DNA of 64,000 bases from Camelus dromedarius (lineage: Eukaryota): NCBI RefSeq assembly GCF_036321535.1, contig NC_087437.1, positions 113,214,001-113,278,000 on the forward strand. Direction: 5' to 3'. The first letter of the stretch is position 1; each line of letters begins with the position of its first letter. Below, in pieces: positions 52,070 to 64,000 of the stretch. The translations under genes were made by a program, and so were the position numbers. The notes under the pieces were generated by a model, which was not told the DNA's origin, ran no database searches, and worked only from the letters and a program-made list of their open reading frames with translations.

Positions 52070-53170
52070 CTGTGGGTTCTTTCTCGAGCCAGCGCTTATA
52101 AAGCTCTGAGGTCCAGCCCCCTGGGGAAAAAAAAAAAAAGCGCAGCTTCCAGAGCATCCTGTTTGGACACCAAATTCCTGAGTCAAGTCCTGCTTGCACT
52201 CCGGCAGACAGGGACAGAGTGTAAGTTTCTACTGGAAAGAGGTGACGTCAACACCTTAGTCATTTTCCCTATGCTAATTAACTTTGCTTGGGGAGGATGG
52301 AAAAAACAGCCAGGCTTGTTCTGCAGCTGCTTTATCTCCCCTGTCTTGCAGCATAGTTTCCACTGGTAGTAATTCCATTCAGCCACTCAGCCACCAGTCT
52401 CCGGGGCTGAATGGGACGACCCTTCTTAAGATGGAAAATGTTACAGAAGAAAAGGAGGAAGGTCGACAGCAGTAAATAGTAATTATCCTCCAGGGGAGTT
52501 TCAAGGCTGGGAGAAACCTGGAAACTGAAGTCTTGGCGAGTTGTTTGATCCCTGTCATTTCTGGAAAATTTCAGTCAAAATTTCACATATTGGGGTATTA
52601 GAGAAAACATTTTGAAATCTGTCATGGTCTATAAACTCTGTTTTTAAAGAAAAAACTGGAATTCATTTTGAAATAGGCCCTCCCCCTTTTTTTCCTGATT
52701 GAACTTTATTGGATGAACGTACTAATTCCAACTTGTAGTCCACAGTGAGAATGTGGGAAGAGATTTTAGGGTTTTCGTTGGAAAACTTTATTATTGTAAT
52801 TTGAGAACTAGGAATACGCAACACTTTGATCATTTTCTAATGGCTCCTGAATTCAGAAAAAGATACCAAAACATTTTAGAGAATCTAGACTCTGAAACTG
52901 AGAAAAGAAGCATTAAGAGGGTGTGTTGCTTAGAGATCTACAGACTGAAAGTTTTTTGTCTTTTAATAGGAAAGGAAGAGGAGGGAGGCTGTACCAGGAT
53001 GGTAAGGAGCACGTTCAGCATGCATGAGGTCCTGGGTTCAATCCCCAGTGCCTCCAAACAAATAAAGAAACCTAGTTACCGCCACTGCCCCCCAAAACCA
53101 ACAAAAATAAACAAGTAAAGGGATTGTCTCAGTTCCTTTTAAAAAATAGGAAAGGAAGAATAAATGGAAA
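52070..53170 (-). promoter_or_regulatory. RCAN1: RCAN1.4 calcineurin/NFAT-responsive promoter
   Basis: TATA-like TTTATAAG 52102-52095, AP-1 TGAGTCA 52179-52185, perfect CRE TGACGTCA 52243-52250. I count 13 GGAAA/TTTCC cores by eye (starting 52125, 52234, 52264, 52299, 52357, 52433, 52520, 52563, 52691, 52790, 52969, 53149, 53166). This matches the known NFAT-cluster architecture upstream of exon 4. Confidence 0.9.
52980..53144 (+). mobile_element. tRNA-derived SINE (Vic-1-like) in RCAN1.4 upstream region
   Basis: GCATGCATGAGGTCCTGGGTTCAATCCCCAGTGCCTCC core; perfect 15-bp TSD AATAGGAAAGGAAGA at 52965-52979 and 53145-53159. Confidence 0.92.
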
Positions 53171-56100
53171 GCATGTACACTACAACTGAAAAGTTAGTTC
53201 AGCTGGCCTTTTTTTCAGGTGACATGTCTGGTCTTGGAGAAGCACAGTGGGATGGCAGGATGACAGTTCCTTCAGAAGGCTGCAACCCTGAACCTCCAAG
53301 TACTTTGCCAGTTTAGGTCCCTGTGGCAGTCTGGGTTCTGGATCCTCCTCACTCTCCCCAATTCCCCATTTTCACCTAAATGCAGTCACATTATTTATAA
53401 AAATGCTCTCTAGTCTAGGGGCACACAGGGACGCCTCTTAAGCTTCCAAAAGTTAAGTGGAATCCTGCCATTCACATTTAAAAATTAACTTCAAAGAATC
53501 ATTAAAGTCAGCCAATAATAAAAGGAGTACATGCAACGAGGAAAAAGCAAAGCAGAGCATTTATCTCTCCATAAAAGGAAATGCAGAGTCCTCTTGGATG
53601 AGTGAGCATTGCTTAATCTCCTTGCACGGTGCCCTGCTGCCAACTGTAAGGTTATGTAAGAGACCAGGTATGGTGTTTGTTTTGCCAAATTACCTGTAAC
53701 TCCCAACCCAAGAGATCTAAATGCATATGTTCTAAAAAAGTTTGGAACCCTGTGAAGAGTATGGTATGCATCAAGCACCGAGAGGAACTGGTCACATTGG
53801 TCATCGCTGGGTGATGGGGACTATGTGCTCGGATGTGCTGTGTTTTCAGTGCAGAGACTACAGCGTGTCCTGGGGGTCCTGGCAGACTTTGGTGGTGGCG
53901 TGGTGGCCCTGAGGGTATGGGAGGGGCTGGTGGGGGGCGGATCAGTGGGAAAGGGATGGGGAGACAGAAAACAGAGGAGAACTGCATTCCTCTCCTCCAG
54001 GGTGGTCTGGAACTTCTCTAAAGTACACTCCCTCCCTCTGCTCCAACCCTCCTCCCTCCTCTTCTCTCTCTCCTAGAGTCTGCCTCGCTAAACAGTTAAA
54101 AGGTGATCAGAGGAGGAAGAAGAGGCTAATTTCTTCTCCTCCTCCTCCTCTCCTTCTCCTCCTTCTGTTAAAACTCATGCCACTAAGCTCCAGCTCATTT
54201 GTGTGGGCAGATCTGGAACATTTCTGTTCATCTGAGACAACAGCGCTGAGCTCACCCAAATTTACAATCGTCGTTTCATTATACAAATGAATAAAAAAAA
54301 AAAAAGGAATAGTGAGGTATTTGAAGATGGTCCAACTATCTTTGCTTACAGAAATAAATAAGAAATGATAGCTCTTTCATTGGGCTGTCCAGGAAGCCTC
54401 CTCAAATATGTTAATTCTGTACCTGCCTTTGAATTGGCAGTCAGCTCCATCTGAATCATATTTAGTGACCTTGAGTGCTTCTATTTCTAGATCAGGAAAA
54501 GGGGCTCAAAATGGTGGCTGGCTGTAGGGAGGCTGGATTGGATGCTGGCAAAACTCACTGGGCCACGAAGTGTACCTGAGCTCTGGCCCAGAGGGGAAGG
54601 CGCCTTGGGTCCGCCAACACTGGCTTCCGCGTCCAGGGCATGCGCAGTGCAGAGCAGATCCGAGCTTTCACAGTGGGTCACCCTGAATAGCATGGCCCAT
54701 TCGTGGTGCCCCAACACCCCGGCTGCCCAAGGGGACAGACTCCTGTCCCTGAACCCAGAGGTACTTCCCTGCATCTGCTGATCTGACAGTTATTAGGGAC
54801 GTCCACTCTTCGACTGTACGTCTATTATACACGAACTTGGATTTCTAAACGTCCTATGGAAAAGAATTCACTTTGTAAATAGCAATTTTCCCCACTGAGA
54901 ATAAAAACTATTCCAAAGCAAGAATTTAAAAGTTGACTTTCCTATTTGCAGACCCCTCTTGATTTCTTGTTTGCTTGTCTGATGTAGATGATTTGAAGCA
55001 AGCAGCACCCACAGCAACGTCTCATTAGAGCTCTTGAAAAGCACACTGAAAAACTGAACTTTTTAAAATCGTAAAACTGAAACCAGAAGTTAAAGAAGAA
55101 ATGAAACGCTTTAGTCCACTGAAAGCTTTAGATGTTTTGCATTTCTTCCATTCACTCCATAAAAATCTTAAACGAATCTTTTAACCTGCAGTTGCCTCCT
55201 CTGGCTTCAAGCAGTTGGAACATTTTCATTAAGAAGTTTCTATTTTCAGTGAGGAAAAACTGAGGTTTATGTTGAAATCCATCATTCCCATTACAGCACT
55301 CCTAAAGCACAGTGAACATGACCTCAGCACGCCCATTATAAACCCCAAGGAGTTTACGATGCCGCCAAGAATGTGCCACCGTGGAACCTTCCAAAGAATG
55401 AGCAGGGAGAGAAACTGAGTTTTGACTCTGCTCTGAACATGAAAGCAGAGTAAAGAATGAGGACATTTGCAAAGGATCTCCTGGGAGGGAACAGGACACA
55501 CCTGACTGAGATCAAAGGTCCCAGGGTGTTTATCTTGCATGCCGATGAAACTTGTGTTTTAGGGGAGCTTTAGCTTCTGAGATAAGGGAGTAGCTTTACT
55601 GTTACTTAATATTCGTAGCCCTTCCCTCTAGCATTGTCCCCCCAACCTACCTTACTGTACAAAAGAAACACACAGGGGCCTCTCTCACGTCTTTATCACT
55701 TCCCAGTCTAAAAGGTGCTATTAACTCAGGGGACTGCTCTTGTCCTCAACTTGTAAATGGAGTTAGCATCAAATCCAGAGTTGTGGTGAGGACGGAACAA
55801 CCTGATGCAGGCAGTGTGCCCAGTATCGGGCCTGGAACACAATCAGGGGTTGACGCGTGTTAGTTGCGTTTTTAATTCCCAGTTCATAGATAACGATACT
55901 GAGGTTCAGAGGGGCACACAGTCTAGAGGAGAGCCGGGACTCACCCAGGTGCTTTGGTTGCAGATTCTATTCTTGTTCCATGGAATTATACCCCCCTCGC
56001 AGCAGTGCCCCTTGGTATTTCCCCATCAGCATCCTCTCAGTCCCTCTGCAGTCTTGGGTGTCTTCCTCTCCTATGTGCCCTGCTGGTCCATGGAGAGTCC

Positions 56101-56339
56101 TGGAGGGTCCGTGTACCACCCTCACTCTGCATTCCTGCACACTGCTTCAAGCAGCCTTCTGCAACCACAATACCTTTCTAACTGACCTCACCATGGCCAA
56201 TTTCTTATTTCCAAAACAGTGTGTAATTCCCACAACATAAAACTTCCCAAAGCCGAGCTCAATCACATTTCTCTTCTGCTATAAAAACTGGTGGCTTCTC
56301 ATGCTCCTTAGGTTAAAGGTGAAGATTTTCACTTGATAT

Positions 56340-56940
56340 TCATCCATCTATCCATCCATGCATCCATCCATCCATCTGTCCATCCATGCATCCAAGCATC
56401 CATTTGTTCTTTCACCCAAACACGGTTCCAGGTGTTAGAGGTGAAAGGTGAAGATAGACAAAAACTCTCTGCCTTTATGGAGCTTACATTCTAGATAGGG
56501 AAAAAGAAAACAAAAAGAAACAAGCTAGGTTGGTAAAATATATAGCGTGTTTAGATAGTGATAGTGCTGGGAATAAGGCAGAAAGGAGGGAAAGGAAAAG
56601 TTGGGAAAAGAAGATGCTAAAAGACTGACTAGCCAGGAAAGGTGTCCTGAGAAGATGACATGTGGGTGCATCAAGATTTGAAGGAAGTAGGGAGAGAACT
56701 GTGAGATGCTGGGAACAGCATTCCAAGTCCAGGAACAGAAGGCACAAAGGCACCTGGCACATTCCAGGCCCAGGAGGCTTAGGTTGGCTGCAGAGGAGGG
56801 ACATGGAGAAAGAGGTTGGGAATGAGGCCACGTGAGACCTTTAGCCACTGCAAGGACGCTGGCCTCCGTGCCGACTATCAGAGGGTTTTGAGCAGAGAAG
56901 GAGCATGAATTGACGCCCATGCAACAGAACCACTCCAGTG
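56340..56940. mobile_element. L2 with (TCCA)n tail
   Basis: (CATC)n run at 56340-56403 followed by CTGCCTTTATGGAGCTTACATTCTAG and an L2-like body. Confidence 0.75.
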
Positions 56941-57489
56941 TTACTCAGTGGGTGCTGGCCACCTTCTGGGGTGCACTTCCTCTGTCCTTGCTGCACGGGG
57001 GCTCACAGGGTGTCCGGGCACAGGACTGCACCATCAGCTCCAGACTCTGAGGTCCCATCCCATGGACACTCCCAGAGGCCTTGTAAGTCTCCTTAGGGGT
57101 CTATGATGAGGGTCTCGACCATCCTTTGTCATTTGGGCAGAGTGAGTTCAGTTGAACATATGCTCGCCTCGCCTTTTTAAAATGCCTATTTTTAGGGTGT
57201 GTTTTATAAGGTGCATCATGTGGAGTAGAATTAGTATAGAATTTACAAACAAAATGCTTTTGCCAGCAGATGCGCTCAAAATCGTTTATCCAAGAGGTTC
57301 ATAGTCAAAAGAAAGGCCTATTGTCCAAGCAGTAGTGATTAAGTTCCCAGACTCCTGTTTCTTCCTGATGATCACGTGTAAATAAAAGAACAGGAAAATC
57401 TTCTTCTTCTTGCTCTCTAAAGGCATTCCTATTTTGGTTCACCCTTAGGGGAAATCAGGAGAGCCAGATTTGGGCTCAGGAAGTTAATT

Positions 57490-57605
57490 TGGAGGGGGAG
57501 GTGATTAGGTTATTTATTTATGTATTTTAATGGAGGTACTAGGGATCGAACTCTGGACCTCGTGCATGCTAACCAGGCACTGTACCACTGAGCTGGACCC
57601 TCCCC
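57490..57605 (-). mobile_element. tRNA-derived SINE (Vic-1-like)
   Basis: Reverse complement reads GGGGAGGGTCCAGCTCAGTGGTACAGTGCCTGGTTAGCATGCACGAGGTCCAGAGTTCGATCCC. Confidence 0.9.
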
Positions 57606-58942
57606 TCTGTGAATTCTAAATCTAAACTGAGAAAACCATCTTTAATGAAAACCACCTTTTTGTTTAATAACCATTAATCTTCTGAATCTGTAGGATAACA
57701 CAGAAGAGATGATACTGATACTAAACTTCAGCCTGGGTCATATCCGATGCTTTGGAAAAAAATGGAAAAGCCTGAAATGTTGTTTGATACTTGGCACAGA
57801 TTAGTACAAGATAGTACACACATAATTTGTATTTCTGTGATAACACAGAACTTCCTATTATTTAAATAAAATTTTTAAAAGGTGGCTTATTAATGCCAGT
57901 GCCAAAAATACTGGATGCAATGGTGAAAACCCTAAACACATATTTTAGCGGATTGGCAATCATGCTCTGTTAAAGCTTACGGTGGAAATAAAGAAAAAAT
58001 GCAATCACCCTCCCCCCCTCCAAAAAAAAAAAAAGAAAGAAAAGACAGAAAGTAAAATAAAATAAAATAAAATAACCAACTGATTAGGGGGAGAGTAGAG
58101 GTGAAGACTGTGTTCAAATTTATCCCTTACAAGAGAGGTCACAGTTCATACAAGATTTCATCTTGTTTGTTAAATTCCATGTGCACTTGAAATCCCATTA
58201 ACTCTTTTTTCCTTATTACCTCAATCTTTCCTTAGTACATGAAGGTTAACCACCCCTCTGTAACTTCTTGGAAACTCACCACTTGCAATGCTTAAGATGG
58301 AGAAATAGCCATAGGCAAATCAAAACTATACTTAATGACTTGGAGACCGGCAGCCCCGGATTAAGGGAGGTAACATTTATTTAGAGACGACTGGGGCCAA
58401 AGCCACCCTAATTAATCATTCCTTATTTGCTCTCTTTAGTCAATTCCTTTCCTGACCTCACTTTAATTACTGATTTTCATCTGTGCTCCAAAGCTGTTCT
58501 CAAGCCGGAGCACAGTCCTGCAGTGACAAAAACCTGGGCAAGATCAGTCACGCAGGAGTGGGCCAGTGACAGGATGCTCTGTGGTCACTGGTCACAAGAA
58601 CCTGGTTACCTTCCACTCCAGCTCGAAACAGATTTCACAGTCCTAGACTGATTCATTCCCACCAAGTAAATCCCCTTCATTCAAAGGATGAGTTTGACAC
58701 TATAGTGTTAATGCTGACAAAAAGCTTTGTTCTTTTGGTTCCATATTCCATACTCATCTCGGAAGAACTGACCCTATGAAATCCTGGTTGGTGTGTGTGC
58801 TGCCAGGAGGCAGAGGCCGGGTCTCATTCTGGTAGGTTCTCCCGAGGAACCCGACACAGTGCCAAGGACACGCACACACCCCATGGATCTCCGGTGCGTG
58901 ACTGGCTGAACCAGAGTTGAAGATCCAATAAGAGAAAGGGGA

Positions 58943-59098
58943 GAGGGGGTTGGTTATAGCTCAGTGGTAGAGCATGTGTTTAGCATGCGCGAGGACCTGG
59001 GTTCAATCCCCAGTGCCTCCATTAAAAAGAAATTAAAAAACAAACAGGTAAATAAATAAATCTAATCCCCCCCACAAAAAGCTTAAAAAAAAAAAAAA
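58943..59098 (+). mobile_element. tRNA-derived SINE (Vic-1-like)
   Basis: TATAGCTCAGTGGTAGAGCATGTGTTTAGCATGCGCGAGGACCTGGGTTCAATCCCCAGTGCCTCC followed by an A-rich tail. Confidence 0.92.
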
Positions 59099-61399
59099 GA
59101 GGATAGGGAAAAGAATGAGGCCAAATCTAAACTGTAAATCTTTAACACCAGATACAAAACACAGGTTTCAGTAACTTAGCTACACTGAGTTTGTATCCAT
59201 ACCCAGTTTTAAATCTCGGGATCTCAGCTCAGAAATCATTTTTTGCCAAATGCAGGAGAAGAGAAAATTGTGTTAGGTGTTCTTACCTACTCTTTCTGTC
59301 ACTACCCACGGGCCTGATTTCCATGTCTGCAGTAGAGAAGTTACCGACTGGACCACAGGGTTCGCTGGCTTTTCACACCTATAATGCCTTCTTCGTGGAT
59401 TGTTTAAAAGTCTGATAACAAGTCACGGGAGAAAGTATAACCTGTCGCCTCCGTGTGGGTAAGACAGTGATTCAGAACAGGTGTAACGAGCAGTAAACTA
59501 AACAGAACAAAGACGATACCACCACAACTTGAATATTAACAGTCACCATGAAAGACAAGAACAATCATGCCGACTTTGTTCATTAGGAAAATTGGGGCGT
59601 TCGTGTCAAGTGACTTAAAACTCGCACATGCATCTTAGCAGCAGAGCATCTGAGAAGGAAGAGCTGCCTTCTTTCCATCAATCAGGTCTAGAATGGCAGG
59701 TTAGTTTACTGGCTGTGAACTGGCAGTGCCCCCAAGATTAAAAAAAAATTAGTTGCCAATATTTAAAAGTTGGGGGTTCACACAGAAATAGAATTTCTAG
59801 CTTCTTTGGGACTTTAAAAAAAAAAAAAAGAAAAAAAGGAAGATGTGGCCATTTGGGCCTGGAGGCCCATGTGGCTAAGTCCATGTTCTTCAAATACCCC
59901 ATCACTCCCGACCCCAAAGGCATCTGAGGTTTTGGTCTCTGGCTTAATTTAGTAAGTCATCAAAAACAGATTAGCTCCCTGCTATGAGCCAGACACTGAG
60001 AGGCAGGGATACACACAAAGCAGCCTACCCATCCGTATCCCTGAGGCTCAGAATGTTCTGGGTCAGATCATCTCCTCCAAATGGTACCTTTAGAGAGAGT
60101 GTCCCTTGCTCCTTACACAGCAATTCTTTATTTTTTTTTCCTGGCCTAACACATTTCTGTGGGTGACTCCGTGGGCATTTTGCAGAATGTGCTCTCCACT
60201 CCTGAAATTACACTCTTATGCAAGTGAATGGTGGGGACGTTATTATAGGGATGACCCAGATTCCGCTCAAACGTTTACAAACCACAGCTGGTTTCTTTAG
60301 CAATCATGAGACATGACTGGGCCACACCAGGGAGGCGCATGGCTGGGCTGAGAATCGGAACCTTAAGACACAGATTTCTACAGAACTGGCTTCTGAGGAA
60401 TGGACGCAGAAGGGTTTTGCCACGATGCACGTTTGATGACATGGTTAGAAAGACGATCTGAAAATAGACTGAGATCCCGGTCTTCTCAGGGGGAAGCTTT
60501 TAAGACAGTTTTTTAAACGGTCAGCACTTTAAACTGCTCTTGTAAAATGCTAGGGTACAGCTTGATCTTCCTTCTTAGGTTGAAATAAATCTTAGGAAGA
60601 TGGGAGCGTGAATTCATCTTTTTAAGAAAACCTCCTTTTAGGAAATCATCCTTTTAAGAAATGAGTCTGAGCTGCCCTGGCTCTTCCATCCCGAGGGAGG
60701 TGGTGGTGGCACTACTGTCCACTGCGGAGGTGAAATTATGCGGCACATACATGATCGGCTGCTGGGGTCTGCTGAGCCCCGGCATCTGCTCCAACCCTCC
60801 AAAAACTCAACAGTCATTGGCTGCTTCCAGGCTCTGAGACAGAGGCTCTTGTGCAGGGGGCTTACTAGGGAGTTCCGGGATCCACACCTAGGGAAGATGA
60901 GGAGAGGAGGGGGAGGGGAGGGAGGGCAGAGGCAGAGTGGAGCTACCAGGTGGTCCCAATGGAAGCCTCGCTGACCCTGTGGGCAGTTCTGAAGACAGGA
61001 TGACCCTCGTTGGAGCCAAAGGGCTGGGGCTTGTTACCCCCACACTAGTCAGCTCTGGGATAGGGGCTACCTTGAGAAGAGGGGGCTTAGGGAGGTGGCT
61101 CTCCTCAGCTGAAGTAATCCCCAAAAGGGACAGCTGACAAGGGCAGCTAGGGGACAAATCCATTATTCCTGAAGGGACCTGGGGTGTTTCACTGTGTCTC
61201 TCAGCCAACCAACAACCAACCAACCAACGAACCAGACCCAAAGTCAACGAACCAACAAGACCCAGGTTCAAAGGTTTGAACCCTAAGTTAATCATCTGAA
61301 ATTTCTCACAAATACGCCAGACTTTAAACTGGACACCATGAAATACTACTGATTCCACTCCAACTCATGAGCTCACCCACCGAGTTAAGGGACTTCGGA

Positions 61400-61895
61400 A
61401 GCACATGGCAGTGGGTGATGCAGTAAACTCAACAGTTTAAACTTCCAGTATAAACTAAAGCCCTGAATGCTGACTCAACTGTTTCACTCCCAGGAGTTTA
61501 TTCTAAGGAAATCCTCATCCCTTGGGCAAAGATTCAGATGCAAATACATCCCCTCAATGTTCTTTATGCAAATAACACGCTAGAAACAAGCTAACCATCC
61601 AATCAGTGACCATCCAAGAAATATGCTGAATCCATTCAGCAGACTGGGACACCACTCACACCTCACAGGAAGGAGGTGAAAACTATTTAACAACATGAAA
61701 AGATGTTTACAACTTGCTTTTAGGAGGAAAAAGCAGGTTACAAAGCAATGTTTATTATTGTGACTCCATTTTGGTGAAAAGAAAAAATATGTGTATTAGT
61801 ATTCAAGAAGATTGCAATGTTTTCCTTTTTTGTGTCTTTGGACTTCCTAGAATTTCTACAATGCACATTTATTACTTATGTAATCATAAAAAAAG
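61400..61895 (+). mobile_element. Old L1M(E)-type 3' fragment
   Basis: TTTCACTCCCAGGAGTTTATTCTAAGGAAAT...TTTCTACAATGCACATTTATTACTT. Confidence 0.65.
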
Positions 61896-64000
61896 CTTTT
61901 CTCTTTCCCCTCCCCCCACCATACATTCTGTCTCAATGGTCACAGAAACCACGGTCAGTTAACAGATACACTAGATAAGGCTGAAGGTTAGTTGGAGAGG
62001 AAACAGACTCCTTTTTTTTTTTTGCATAATGGTCTGATGTCAGGACCTTTAATTCTTTGCACTGTAAGTATTCATTATGCACCATTGCCAAACCTGGTGT
62101 TTTTAACTCATTATTACTTTGGAGTGCCGGCTGAAAGAATCCCATTTCTTACCTAAAAACCTCGAAAGACAGGGATTTCACCAGAGAAATATTTATTTTG
62201 CTTTTCTTTGATAAGCTTTCCTGCCACCGTCTTTATCTGGTGAGATGCCTGGCTAATCAGCCGTGTGGAGCCCGTTTCCGTGAAGTCAGGGCCGTGCCCA
62301 GGCCAGGACACGGTCGGGTGAGTGTGAGTCTGCCCTGCTCTGCAGCGCGGGTCGCTGGGCTGAGCGCCGCCGTAGAGCAGACCTCACACAGCACATTCTG
62401 CGGGCTCCAGGGTGTGGTCAGCAGGGAACATCTGATGGGTTTGTTTTTTTTTTTTGAAAATCTAACATCCAGGTCTTTCAAATACCATCTCAGAGCAAAA
62501 CTATAGAATTCTTCCCCGTCACTGTCATGTCCCACACCTACGGCTTCCTCATCTGCATTATTTTCTGTTCTTCTTCTATACCAGAATCACATCCAGATCT
62601 TTTTCTTTCTCCCTGGGACAGTCCTGCCCTCTGCATCTCCCTTCTAACAAAACTGGAACGTTACCTAATGAACTTTTTCCTGTTGCTGTGTTAATGATGG
62701 CAACTGTTTAACATATAAGACCTCCCAGAGAATTTGTATTTAATCAGCACGTTCTGGAGATCAAAGTCTCAGCCCCAAAGGAATGCATCACTAAGGGGAA
62801 AATTCCAGGCAGCAAGTCAGTTACAAAGGAAAATTCCTTGGACAGGTGGGCTCTTCTGGGACAGGGTGTTGCCTACCTGGAGATGAGACACATATTTTCC
62901 GAGTGTCTACATTGAGCAGATTCTTGTGTGGGATGTTCGGAGTTAAGAATAGACTCCCAAGTCTCAAGAAGACCATTCATCTGTTCATCATTCAACCACC
63001 ATTAATTAAGGATCCGCTAAATGCCTTCTTGAACTCCACCACTGGTTCAAGTTACGCATAACATATCCTCATAACACTGGGAACCTCTAGTTCTTAGTAT
63101 TTATCACATTTTAATTGGTTTTCTCCACTGAACTAAGGGCAGACCAAGCCATGGACCCTGGAACACTTAGGACCCTCCATAAATATTTGTTGCATAAAGC
63201 ACGCAGCTAAGTACCTGACTCCTTGCTGCAGATACAGAGAGGAGTAAGGCGTGACTGGTCCTTTAAAAATTCACAGTCAAATCGACCACAAAATACTTAC
63301 TAAGCCATTACTAGGGGCTCAGTGCTCTACTAGGGGTTTCAAAACCCTAAGACACGGTTTCTGCCATTACAGAGGCCAAACGTTGAAGCCTGGGAGAGAA
63401 GACTGCAACTCCAGTGACAAGAAAATAACATTTTTCCTTCACAAGGCCTTGAAAATAGGGTTAGATTTTAAATGGGTGGGAAAAGGATATATCCCTGTAT
63501 TTTCTCATTACTATTTGAATAGAAGGTGTTAGGAAAGTTAACATTTTCTTCTCCCACTATCATGCAGAATCGACCAAGGAGCTGCTTTCATTAAAAGACA
63601 TATACACTTTATTCCTTCTGAATAAATTTCTTTGCCTGCCTGCATTTTGGCATGGCACAGGTTTAGTGCTGACATCTGTTGATCTGGTGTCCTGGATTTC
63701 TTGGGAAATCCTACTTTTGCTACTTTGACTTATTTCTAAAATACAAATGATTCGTGTAATATATGTGGCTACATTTTTAATATTTTAGTAAAAACAATAT
63801 AATGAACAGATTAGACAAAATCTTCTTAGTTCCTACACCCAAATCTGAGCTTGGGGAAAAATGTATCCAGGAGTGTGGGTGGGCTGGGGGGGATGCAGGG
63901 AGCTGCTATAAAGATAATTCTGGCTGATGGAATTTTCTAAAGATAGATGCCACAAATCTCCCACCCAACGTGCCCTTGTGGAATCTAGCCACTCCCGCAT

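Noticed and set aside
58950..59022. tRNA-Ala-like sequence (also at 28390, 52985, 57530)
   Set aside because: SINE heads with broken stems, A-rich tails and TSDs; not tRNA genes.
53200..64000. RCAN1 exon 1 (RCAN1.1) or another gene
   Set aside because: No CpG island or exon-1-like coding sequence is visible. The region looks like the long upstream RCAN1 intron, with exon 1 outside the window.

Overview
Mammalian genomic DNA, most likely a camelid, judged from four tRNA-derived Vic-1-like SINEs and artiodactyl-type L1 3' ends. The region is syntenic with the human chr21 KCNE1-RCAN1 locus. Two protein-coding genes are supported, both on the minus strand. KCNE1/minK has a single coding exon (13441-13830, 129 aa) and a CpG-island first exon near 18.8 kb. 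The calcineurin-inducible RCAN1.4 isoform has four coding exons (51911-51997, 49095-49268, 46923-47082, 44547-44719; 594 nt = 197 aa + stop), a TATA/AP-1/CRE/NFAT-cluster promoter and a ~1.6 kb 3'UTR. The rest is intronic or intergenic and rich in L1, L2, MIR, MaLR/ERV solo LTRs, DNA-transposon fossils and simple repeats. I found no evidence for a novel coding system, and almost all listed ORFs are incidental. The best leads are regulatory or evolutionary: a SINE whose target-site duplication copies an NFAT core upstream of RCAN1.4, a dense cardiac-TF motif cluster upstream of KCNE1, remodelled KCNE1 5'UTR exons and poly(A) signals, unusual KCNE1 residues (A43, R75), CTCF motifs, and a twin-primed L1. 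Repeat family names and cross-species comparisons are from recall, not from searches.
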